DNA of 64,000 nucleotides from NCBI GenBank assembly GCA_965203485.1, contig OZ241892.1, positions 2,016,001-2,080,000 of the forward strand, written 5' to 3'. Below are positions 10,150 to 18,502 of this stretch, one piece after another. The notes under the pieces were generated by a model that saw only the letters and a program-made list of their open reading frames with translations, was not told where the DNA came from and ran no database searches. The position numbers and the translations under genes are program-made. Within the stretch, counting starts at the first letter, position 1, and each line of letters begins with the position of its first letter. Source of the DNA: Longimicrobiales bacterium (GTDB lineage: Bacteria; Gemmatimonadota; Gemmatimonadetes; Longimicrobiales; Gaopeijiaceae).

Positions 10150-11277
10150 CTACCGGTCGGCAGGCCCGTTCGCCAAGTAGGGCTCCACGACCTTTACGCG
10201 CATGTCGCCCGCAGGCGTCTCGACCACCGCGTACACGAGATGACTGCCGCACACGGGGGACAGTCTGTCCTCGTGCTCGCCGACGGCGACGAGGCGGCCG
10301 GAGGACGCGTCCAGGACTTCGACGCGGTGGTCGAACGTTTCCCGGTGCCATGCCGGACGGGGGCTCATGGGAATGTCCGGACGCCAATCCGGATCCGGCA
10401 CCAACGAGTACGTCCAAAGAAGGCCGTCTTCATCCTCCCACACGTGATGCAGAAAGGCGGGAGGCGGAACGGACTCGTACACTTCGTCGCTGAACTCCGG
10501 ATAGGGCGGGAACCAGTCGGCCTCCCGCACCAGCGTGCGAATCAGGGCAACCGCAGGTCCGGGCGCCTCGGTCAAGCGCCACTCGTGGATGGCGTATTGT
10601 CGCCTGCTGGCTGTCCAAAAAGCAGGTTTGGTTCCTGGACGAGGGCTTGCAAGGGCGGATTCCAAATCTGGTTCCGCGCTCTTCGACAGGCTGAACGTCT
10701 CGGTCTCCCGGCCGGACGCGTCCATCAAGACGAACATGTCGTCTCCCACGCTACTCAAGGACTTGGCGAAGACGAAATCGCCCGTGGCAAGGCGAGCAAA
10801 CCGGCGAAACGGTCTCGGCATCGGAAACGAGCGCACGTAGTCGCCACGGGAAGTCAGCACTTGCATTCGGTTGTTCCCGTCGTCGGCCACGAACAGCGTG
10901 TCGCCCGGTCCTGCCCAGATGCGGACCATCCCCTGCACTTCGCCGGGCCCCTGGCCGGAGCGTCCGAAGCTGCGGACAAATCGTCCACCCGAGTCGTAGA
11001 CGAAGATCTCGCCGCCGCCCGCAACCGCCCCCAATACGAAGTCGCCCGTGCCAAGCTGGGCCACCATGCACCCGTCTCCGGCAGCCCTGTGCCACGCCGA
11101 GCCCGGGTCGCCGTCGTTCCCCAGCACCGCAACCGTTTGAAAGCCGATCTCGCAGTCCCGGCACACCGCCGATTCGTCGATCGCTTGCGTCTTCGCCGCA
11201 CCGGCTTCCTGTCCCGGCGGCGAACACCCCGCCGCCAGGGACAGAGCGAGTCCGGTCAGTCCTTTGCGTACCAACAC
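10150..11277 (-). CDS. 6-bladed beta-propeller lipoprotein
   Basis: LALSLAAGC lipobox, CRDC, FVYDSGGRFVRSFGRSGQGPGEV, DTLFVAD, EDEDGLLW, VEVLDASSGRLVA; GTG start overlaps the upstream peptide gene. Confidence 0.8.
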   Translation of the reverse strand: MLVRKGLTGLALSLAAGCSPPGQEAGAAKTQAIDESAVCRDCEIGFQTVAVLGNDGDPGSAWHRAAGDGCMVAQLGTGDFVLGAVAGGGEIFVYDSGGRFVRSFGRSGQGPGEVQGMVRIWAGPGDTLFVADDGNNRMQVLTSRGDYVRSFPMPRPFRRFARLATGDFVFAKSLSSVGDDMFVLMDASGRETETFSLSKSAEPDLESALASPRPGTKPAFWTASRRQYAIHEWRLTEAPGPAVALIRTLVREADWFPPYPEFSDEVYESVPPPAFLHHVWEDEDGLLWTYSLVPDPDWRPDIPMSPRPAWHRETFDHRVEVLDASSGRLVAVGEHEDRLSPVCGSHLVYAVVETPAGDMRVKVVEPYLANGPADR

Positions 11278-11459
11278 GTACCCGGTTCGTGCAAATCTCC
11301 GTTGCATGGCGGACACGTGACGAGGCACTGGAGATCCCGCCTGCACGTCTTCTCCCAGCACAACCCATCGGCGCATGCATCTCTCGCGCCAATCGGTGGC
11401 ACCAAGGCCCCTCCTGCAACGACAAGCATCACGACGACACGTTTCCAGATGGACTGCAT
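11256..11459 (-). CDS. Secreted Cys-rich mini-protein (67 aa)
   Basis: AAAGGA RBS; signal peptide ending in ACA; predicted mature part has 6 Cys; decayed homologue at 18007-18075. Confidence 0.7.
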   Translation of the reverse strand: MQSIWKRVVVMLVVAGGALVPPIGARDACADGLCWEKTCRRDLQCLVTCPPCNGDLHEPGTCWYAKD

Positions 11460-11746
11460 TGGGGAACATTCCTTTCATCTCGGGATTGGGGACGACGAAG
11501 GCATCCTTCCTTCGACGACATTGTGAAAGCTCGTCCGCGTGGCCCCGCCGGTCAAGTCGGGGTCGCGCCGAGGCCATGGTCGCGTGCATGGAAGGCCTTC
11601 GGCAATCCTTCGAGCACGCACCAGCGGGGCCAGCGCGCTCGGAAACGGCTCCGCGGCGATGCAGGAAGACACGGCGGAGGCGGTGGTGGCGGTGTCCGAA
11701 ATCGAGCATCCGGCGGCGGCCGAGGCAGCCAAGCAAGCCGAGAGGA

Positions 11747-11947
11747 TCACGCGACCTCGAATTCCAGCGTCGACAGCTTCACCTTGGACGAACGGCGCGA
11801 CAGGTGGAGCACCTCGACGCCGACTACTTCGCCCGAGTCGCTGTAGTCGAGAACGATGCCCGGCGAGACCTCCTCCGACTCGGCGATGGTCGAGTCGTCG
11901 AGTCGCAGGTACAGCGCGTCGGCGCTCTTGTCGACATGCAGCTTCAT
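11747..11947 (-). CDS. DUF2283 antitoxin-like protein
   Basis: MKLHVDKSADALYLRL...SEEVSPGIVLDY...GEVVGVEVL. Confidence 0.88.
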   Translation of the reverse strand: MKLHVDKSADALYLRLDDSTIAESEEVSPGIVLDYSDSGEVVGVEVLHLSRRSSKVKLSTLEFEVA

Positions 11948-12223
11948 GTCTTCCCTTTCATTTTGCGGTCGAAGAACGACGTGATGATCGTCCACGGATG
12001 GGCTTGGGTGTTCACGGCCACGCGCAACACCCGACCATCCCGCTCTGGAATATGGCGAAAGAAACGCTCGACATCGGAGTCGTTGGGATCGTCGGATCGA
12101 AGGTCCGGATCCCGTAGGGCTCGGAAGACCCAGTCCACCTGGATGTCGCGCTCTGCCATTGCACGGCGCGCATGGAGGGTAACGGATGTCCGACGAGGGC
12201 TCCGGCGTTTGCTTCTTCTCCAT
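11944..12223 (-). pseudogene. DUF4258 (RelE/BrnT-like) toxin, frameshifted near the 5' end
   Basis: ATG at 12223 overlaps the MTase stop and reads MEKKQTPEPSSDIRY; TLHARRAMAERDI...RVLRVAVN...IITSFFDR continues in another frame. Confidence 0.7.
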
Positions 12224-15200
12224 CAGCCCAGGGTCTTGAGGCGCCGACTCAAGCGAGTGCGGTAGGCGGGCGGGAGGGCGTTGGCGGTGAAGTCCTCGTA
12301 GATCACATCCAGGTCGCCCGAGCCGAGACCGTAGGCTCGTGCCACGCGGGCGTCGATCTCCACGCGCAACTCCATGCGGTCGGCGTCCAGCAACGGACCG
12401 CACTCCACACCGGTTTCGCGGGCGAAGTCGGCGAAGCGGTCGTCCACGGCGGAGAGACGGGCGGCGGCTCGGGCGATTTCGGCGAAGTCGTCGTCGGTCA
12501 TGGAAGGCACGTAGAAGCCTTCGAGCAGGAAGAAGTTGACGTGCAGTTCGATGAAGCGGCGGGCCTGCCAGTCGAAAGGCAAGCTGTTCATGACACCCAG
12601 ACAAGCGGCCCGCGCCATTGCGTCGCCGGTCGGAAATGACAGATGCGGGGCAGTATTTGACAAAAAGACGCCTTTCGGAACCAAGCAGGCGATCACGGTG
12701 CGGGAGGCTGTTCGGTGAGTTACGTCGTGGAAAGCGATCCGGTGGCGGTCCGTTTCGGTGCGAACCGACTGGCTCCGGGCGTAAGTTGATAGATCCTTCG
12801 CAAGAATGGATCCCGTCCCGGGCCGCGGCTTATTGACCTTGCGGGTGAGGGCGCTAGTTTCTGGAATGGAACGCTCCTTATAGCCGTGCGGATCATACTG
12901 GTGAAAGCTGGCCCCCTTCCAGAGGCGAGCGGAACCTTCCCTTTGCCACAGCCCTTTGTCGTTGGTCTCGTGTAGTTCGGCGACCGGAAAGCACGACCAT
13001 CGGCCGTCCGAACCATAAGGAAAGAGGCTACCTGTCCGTATGCGGGCCAACACTCCGGCTTCCGCTTGAGACTTCAAGAGAGGCGTTTCCCGCCCCGGTC
13101 CGAGGGCGGTTCTCCTGACCCGAATGCCAGGCCCAACCGCCTGTCTCCTCCAACTTGTCTTTGAATCGGCGATGCCCGCAATTGTTACTTCCCCCCCCCC
13201 CCCCCCCCCCTTGTCTGCTGGGTGTCGTTCTGCTATAGTAAGCGCAATGGAATACGAAGGAGTGCTGTCAAATGCCCAGCGGCCCTTGTTCAGGATAAAA
13301 TCTATGCGATTCGGCGTGCAGTCGGAGTAGAGCCATTCTCTGAAGCCTCGAGAACCTCGTGCATTGAACGCCGTCCTCGGCAGTACCACACCCAGATGAC
13401 TGCGGAATCGTCCTAGCATGCGATAGCGTTGGCAGAAGTACTTGTACAGATCCGGATCGCCACCCACCGGCTTGTAATCGCCGCCAGCCAAGCCCTGCCG
13501 GTAGTCCTTGAGCTGTTGTCGTCGCTCGGCCAGTCGGTCTACCAGCTCCGGACGCTCTCGCACCAGTTCGTCCATCGCCTCCCGCCGCTCTTTCTCGGCC
13601 AAGGCCGTTATCCCGGGCCGGTACTCCCCGTAGAATGACAGCTCCTCGACCGTCACTTCCTCCCAGGGCGGGTTGCCGACCACCGCGTCGAACCCCGGCG
13701 ACGACCGCGAGAACACCTGCGGGAACGCCAGCGGCCAGTGGAGGAAGCGATGTCGGCCGGCCAGCTCGCGGGCCCGGCGTGCAAGCGCGGTCCGGCGTTC
13801 GCCCGAGATCACCGTCGCGCCGTGGGTCGCCACGTGCGCGCGGGCGCCCACGAGCCCGAACTGCTCCGCCGTCCACAGGTCGAAGAGCCGTTCGATCCCC
13901 TTGGTGGCGGCCCACGCTTCCTTGTCCGCCGCTTGGCTGGCCACCACCTCTTCGGGCGTGCGGTCGTCGATCTCGGCCAGCTTGCGCACCGCCGCCGTGG
14001 CCTCGTCCAGCGCGTGGCGCAGGGGTTCCCGAAAGAGCGGGGCCTCGTCCAGGAGCGGCTTCGGGTCGCCCACGCCGATCAAGGCATCGCCCGCCACCAC
14101 GTTGCGGCCCAGGTACGCCAGCGACAGGCCCGGCACGAACGACGCCAGCCACAGCGACAGCGTCGCCACCTCGACGCCCATCTCGCTTCGGTCCACGCCG
14201 AAGACGCAGTGCTTGACGATCAGACGGCGGAGCAGGGCCGCGTCTTCGCACGCCACGCCCGGGGACGCGCGGCTGCGCAGTCGCTCCAGCGCGTCCAGCA
14301 ACGGCGGCAACGGGCGCTCGGCCAGGAAGCGAACGGTCATCTCGGCCAGGGTCTCGGCGACCTGCACAAGGAAGTGGGCGCTGCCGCACGCCGGGTCCAC
14401 GACCGCGAACGAGAGCAGCAGCTCGGCCGCCGCCTCCGGGTCGGTCTTCGCCTTCTCCGCCACCGCTTCCAAGTGCCGCTTGAACGGCGGCTCCACGGCC
14501 CCCTTCACCAAGTGGCGCACGATCTCCACCGGCGTGTAGTAGACGCCTCCCGCCTTGCGCCCGCCCGCATGGGTCTGCCAGAGCAGGCCGCCCGGCTTCA
14601 CTTCCGCAACGCCCGGCGACGCCGCGCTCACGTAGCGGTCCTTCTTGGCGTCGTAGCGGAGCGGCCGCGTGGCCAGCGACAGGCGCAGGCCCAGCAGGGA
14701 CTCGTAGGTGTGGCCGATGTGGGCGATCTCCAGCGTCGAGAAGTCCACGCCGCTACCCTGCTCGGCGTCGTGGCCGACGGCGGCCAGCACGCGCCCGAAC
14801 TCGGGGTCGCGCAACTCCATGCGCTCCAGCAACGCGGCGCCCGCGAAGTCCTTGGCCGCGAAGAGCGCGCCGTTGTAGGCGGGCACGTCCCAGGCGGGAT
14901 TGCCGACGCGCATCGCCTTGACCAGCCGCACGAACCCGTCCCACAGCGCGGACGACGCCGGGCTCAGCTTGTCCTTGGTCCGGTGGGCCTCGGTCACGAG
15001 CGCCGACAAGGACGCCTTCTTGTAGGACTCGTTGTTCATCGGCAGATGGTCGGCGGCTTCCGCGAAGAGAATGAAGACCGCGCGGAAGACCAGCGTCATC
15101 GCCGCCTGCTCCATTTCCTCGCGCCGGGCGTCGTCCTTCAAGTCGAGGCCGTGCTCCTTCGCCCAGCGCTCCATGCCGACGGCCAGCGCGGGGAGGGCCT

Positions 15201-16122
15201 CTTGGCGGATCGTGCGGTCCAGGCGGGCGTGGAGCTGGACGCCGAAGTTGACCGCTTCCTCCTGGAGCTCGGCGAAACCGCCGCCGACCAGGGACGCGGG
15301 CGCCAGCAAGGCCAGGAAGGCGCGCCGCTCGTCGTCCAGCAACGCGGCGTCCAGTTCGAGCCAGTGGCCGGTTCCACCGGGCGACTCCACATCGAACAGG
15401 CGGAAGCATCCGCCGAACGCGAGGAGCCCCCAGCGGGCGCCGCGCTCGTGGCAGTCCGACGCCAGCAGTCCCTCGGGCGGGCGGCCGTCCGGGTCCAGGC
15501 GCGCCAGCGCGCTTGCCGTCTTCTTGGGATGCACGACCGCCACCGGCTTGCCATCGTAGGTGGCCAGGTAGCCCCGGGGCGTGAGGCGTTCCAGGCCGTA
15601 GCCGAGCGCTGAAAGCGTCTGGCGCCACGAGCCGGGCGCGGCCGGGACGCGGGCCACCGCACGGCCAGCGGCGCTCCATCGGACGGGGTCCCCCTTGAAG
15701 CGGGATTCCAGGGTGTGGCGGGTGAGGAGGCCGTTGATGGCCAGCCCGTCGCCTGCAACGCGGTTCAGGTCTGCCGCCAGCCGGCGCACGGCTTCGAGGG
15801 ACGACAGATCCGCCAGCGCTTCTAGCGTCCTGGCCAGATGCCCGGCGTCCACGGAGCGCACCGGCCCCTTGTGGGTGATCGGGCCGAGGACCCGGAGACG
15901 GCTTGGCCGTTGCGCGTCGTCGGCCAGCAGGAGGCAGGGCCGGGTGGCGCTGGCCGGGCTTTTCCGCCATTCGGCTCGCATGGCGGCGGCGGCGCTCGTC
16001 GGCAAGACCGCAAGTTCGATGCCGCCGATCGTTGCGCGAGGACCGTTCTCGGCCCCGTGCACGGCCAGCGGCCGCGCCGCGCCTTCACGCAACAAGTGAC
16101 GGATGACTTCGTGAGCGGTCAC
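12223..16122 (-). CDS. Large Eco57I/Type IIG-like gamma-class N6-adenine MTase with C-terminal TRD; start approximate
   Basis: YNGALF, IGHTYESLL, GVYYTP, DPACGSAHFL, VVGNPPW, DLYKYF, GVMNSLPFDW. Confidence 0.88.
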   Translation of the reverse strand: MTAHEVIRHLLREGAARPLAVHGAENGPRATIGGIELAVLPTSAAAAMRAEWRKSPASATRPCLLLADDAQRPSRLRVLGPITHKGPVRSVDAGHLARTLEALADLSSLEAVRRLAADLNRVAGDGLAINGLLTRHTLESRFKGDPVRWSAAGRAVARVPAAPGSWRQTLSALGYGLERLTPRGYLATYDGKPVAVVHPKKTASALARLDPDGRPPEGLLASDCHERGARWGLLAFGGCFRLFDVESPGGTGHWLELDAALLDDERRAFLALLAPASLVGGGFAELQEEAVNFGVQLHARLDRTIRQEALPALAVGMERWAKEHGLDLKDDARREEMEQAAMTLVFRAVFILFAEAADHLPMNNESYKKASLSALVTEAHRTKDKLSPASSALWDGFVRLVKAMRVGNPAWDVPAYNGALFAAKDFAGAALLERMELRDPEFGRVLAAVGHDAEQGSGVDFSTLEIAHIGHTYESLLGLRLSLATRPLRYDAKKDRYVSAASPGVAEVKPGGLLWQTHAGGRKAGGVYYTPVEIVRHLVKGAVEPPFKRHLEAVAEKAKTDPEAAAELLLSFAVVDPACGSAHFLVQVAETLAEMTVRFLAERPLPPLLDALERLRSRASPGVACEDAALLRRLIVKHCVFGVDRSEMGVEVATLSLWLASFVPGLSLAYLGRNVVAGDALIGVGDPKPLLDEAPLFREPLRHALDEATAAVRKLAEIDDRTPEEVVASQAADKEAWAATKGIERLFDLWTAEQFGLVGARAHVATHGATVISGERRTALARRARELAGRHRFLHWPLAFPQVFSRSSPGFDAVVGNPPWEEVTVEELSFYGEYRPGITALAEKERREAMDELVRERPELVDRLAERRQQLKDYRQGLAGGDYKPVGGDPDLYKYFCQRYRMLGRFRSHLGVVLPRTAFNARGSRGFREWLYSDCTPNRIDFILNKGRWAFDSTPSYSIALTIAERHPADKGGGGGGEVTIAGIADSKTSWRRQAVGPGIRVRRTALGPGRETPLLKSQAEAGVLARIRTGSLFPYGSDGRWSCFPVAELHETNDKGLWQREGSARLWKGASFHQYDPHGYKERSIPETSALTRKVNKPRPGTGSILAKDLSTYARSQSVRTETDRHRIAFHDVTHRTASRTVIACLVPKGVFLSNTAPHLSFPTGDAMARAACLGVMNSLPFDWQARRFIELHVNFFLLEGFYVPSMTDDDFAEIARAAARLSAVDDRFADFARETGVECGPLLDADRMELRVEIDARVARAYGLGSGDLDVIYEDFTANALPPAYRTRLSRRLKTLG
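13191..13210 (-). repeat. G20 homopolymer inside the MTase coding sequence
   Basis: 20 consecutive C on the + strand; encodes K-GGGGGG-E in frame. Confidence 0.95.
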
Positions 16123-16156
16123 GATGCCGACGCGGCCGGGGGAGTTGCCGTCGAGC

Positions 16157-16540
16157 TCAATGGAACTGCTTGGTCGGCAAATGCCTTCCCACGTAGCCAA
16201 TCTCGATCATTCTTCCCGCCGATTCCACGCGAAAGTGAATGCGGCAACTCCCAGCGCTCACGTGCAGCTTGTAGGTCTCCTTCTTCCCGTGCCGATTGCG
16301 ATGAGCCCGCTCTTCACCAAACTGATCCATGGTTGCCGGGCCTTCCGACCGCACGCCGGCCAAGCTCGGCGCCGCACCGCCTTCACGGCGCCATTCACGT
16401 AAATGTCGAAACGCCAACAAGCCTTGAATGACGCTGCTTTTGCCAGTTCCGTTCAAACCGGCAAGAAGAGTGATCTTGCCAAGGCTAAACGTCGCATCGG
16501 AAAAACACTTGAAATTGAGCAATTGAAAATCGCTAATCAT
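16157..16540 (-). pseudogene. In-frame deletion fusion: AAA_15/DUF3696-type ATPase N-terminus + RelE-like C-terminus
   Basis: LNFKCF..ITLLAGLNGTGKSSVIQ (Walker A) joined to ATMDQFGEER...LHV...RIHF...IEIGYVGRHLPT. Confidence 0.6.
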
Positions 16541-17687
16541 TCATCACCTCGTTGATGATTCGCTTTACACGATTGAACCTCGTGCGCACCTGTTCAATCG
16601 TCTGCGTGCCAATAGAAATGCTATCGTGGAAAACGCGATCGGTCATCAGATCGTCAAATCTGTTCGCCAGCGACGTTCTTCGCTCGATCAATGCCTCTTC
16701 GTCCAATTCCGGAACCTGGGCTAGCGCAACCGACAAACACTCGAATAACGGCTTGTTGATGACACTCCGACCGCCGGACCGAGCCCTGGGCTTGCGGAAC
16801 GCATTGTTTCCGAACAACTCTCTGGCCAATCTCATGGATCTGAAAAATGCTTGTCGCATTTCTTCTTTTGCGCTCTCATCCATGTCCGCATTGATGTTCT
16901 TCATGGCTTTCGCGAGGAAGGCATCCAAATTCCCGTTGTAGGAATTCAAGTCTTGACAATAGAATGCCACGAAACGCAATACACATTCGCGGTCGGCCAT
17001 TCTCCGAGGGCTTACGCTCTCGTCAGTGGCGCGGCGAAACTCCGCGCTCTCGGCTAGTTCATTGACCAAGTCACGTGCTGACCCCGGATTGAGAGCATGC
17101 CGAATCTCTTGGGGGGTGAGCGGTTTGCCGCCGGTATTGACTCGCTTGAAGACATTGAACATCACCTCGGGTGGAGTGCCGGCGTCGATTACATGAAACG
17201 CAAGTTGAGTCTCGTCGATGCGACGCCGCATGTCCCTGGGAAGATCGTCGTAGGCATTTCTTTCAAATTGGGAAAGGTATTCCATGCCGCGGAGCTTGAG
17301 TTTCTTGTCGAGCACGAAGCTCTTGATCGAATAAAGGCGTTGAAGACCATCGACGACCTGCCATTTGTTGTCGCGGTCGGCCGCCATGTAGAATACCGGC
17401 AATGGAATACGCAAAAGCAACGACTCGATCAGTCGGCTTTGCCTAGTATTGTCCCATATTCCGGCGTTGCGCTGAAAATCTGGATTCAGGTCGATTTCGT
17501 CGTATTTCAATCGCTTTATCACGAGATCCACAGTGGGCGTCTTCGTGGAGATGGATATCCGCGTGGGATCGAACGGCTGAACGATTTCGGGAGCATCTCC
17601 ATCCATCCTTTCTTCTTCGACACCGTACCCTTCTTCGGCGCCCTCCTCTCGCGGTCCCTCCGTGGTCACGGGCGGGCGAACTGACAT
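16533..17687 (-). CDS. DUF262 (ParB-like/GmrS) domain protein; start uncertain
   Basis: LNPDFQRNAGIW, LIESLLLRIPLP, VVDGLQRL, FKRVNTGG..LTPQEIR; low GC. Confidence 0.9.
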   Translation of the reverse strand: MSVRPPVTTEGPREEGAEEGYGVEEERMDGDAPEIVQPFDPTRISISTKTPTVDLVIKRLKYDEIDLNPDFQRNAGIWDNTRQSRLIESLLLRIPLPVFYMAADRDNKWQVVDGLQRLYSIKSFVLDKKLKLRGMEYLSQFERNAYDDLPRDMRRRIDETQLAFHVIDAGTPPEVMFNVFKRVNTGGKPLTPQEIRHALNPGSARDLVNELAESAEFRRATDESVSPRRMADRECVLRFVAFYCQDLNSYNGNLDAFLAKAMKNINADMDESAKEEMRQAFFRSMRLARELFGNNAFRKPRARSGGRSVINKPLFECLSVALAQVPELDEEALIERRTSLANRFDDLMTDRVFHDSISIGTQTIEQVRTRFNRVKRIINEVMND

Positions 17688-18006
17688 CGAATCGCTTGTC
17701 GTCCCCTCCGCCGCGCCTGGGCGAGCCGACGGCCTCACGACGGCTGCCGGCCGGCTGTCGGCGCGCGGCCCGGCGTCGGCGGACTCGACGGTAGGGTTGG
17801 GCATCGGATCGTGGGATGGCAAGGAGAATAGCGCCGGTAAGGGGGGGGCAGGTCGGCAGGAGCACCGGAACATTCAAGTGTCGCAACCAGTGCCCGGGGA
17901 GTCAACTGCGGCCGAGGTCGCTGGTCGGTCCCGGTTCTCCGCCGGCGTGTGGTACGACGCCTCCCGTCTTGCGAATCGCCCGCGTGGGGTTGCCAAAGCG
18001 GCCCAC

Positions 18007-18075
18007 CCGGTCAGTCCTCTTGCGCCTGCACCTCTTCTCCCAGCACAAGCCATCGGCGCATGCTTCTCTCGCGCC
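18007..18075 (-). pseudogene. Internally deleted second copy of the Cys-rich peptide gene
   Basis: GAREACADGLCWEKRCRR vs GARDACADGLCWEKTCRR; then jumps to AGGACTGACCGG, the stop region of the intact copy. Confidence 0.85.
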
Positions 18076-18109
18076 ACTCCTCGCGGGCCTGAGGCTCTTC
18101 CAAACTCGA

Positions 18110-18288
18110 TTGCTCGGGAACCGGCTTCCGTCCATCAGCAGGCCTCGAGGCGACACGCGATGGCTTCCGGAGCGGACTCGCCAGGCTCGTTCGAGAGTGT
18201 CACCGGCGGAAAAGTGTCCGGGCGGTCCGGGCGCCGCGACTCCGCAGCAGTTGCCCGGATCCTTGTGGACGACGATGGCGAATCGCAT
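18110..18288 (-). pseudogene. hicB: HicB antitoxin remnant
   Basis: MRFAIVVHKDPG..GV..P..PG.FSAGDTLE.A...EAIAC.LEG.LMDG across frames; GGAGG RBS. Confidence 0.7.
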
Positions 18289-18329
18289 GATTGCTCGTCT
18301 GCCTCCCTTCGGGCCGACCGAGGGTGAGC

Positions 18330-18445
18330 CGGCCGTTCAGCTCGAACGATCGCGCCGGTTGCAGTGAGCTGTGCTTGCACGGGCGCTTGGGGTCACCAAG
18401 CCACGTCGCTCGGGATGGACGAACTGCCAGTGACTCCCCGGTGTG
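18330..18445 (-). pseudogene. hicA: HicA toxin remnant
   Basis: GSHWQFVHPERRGLVT motif directly upstream of the hicB remnant. Confidence 0.65.
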
Positions 18446-18502
18446 CAGTCTGCACACCCGCGCGGCAACGGTCCACCGTGGCCCCACCCACCCAACACGA
18501 AA

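Noticed and set aside
11256..11459. RiPP precursor for the radical SAM enzyme at 30182
   Set aside because: About 19 kb apart; the peptide has a Sec-type signal rather than a RiPP leader, and no modifying enzymes are adjacent
17841..17848. G8 run upstream of DUF262 as a second phase-variable tract
   Set aside because: Short and probably non-coding; unremarkable in a high-GC genome
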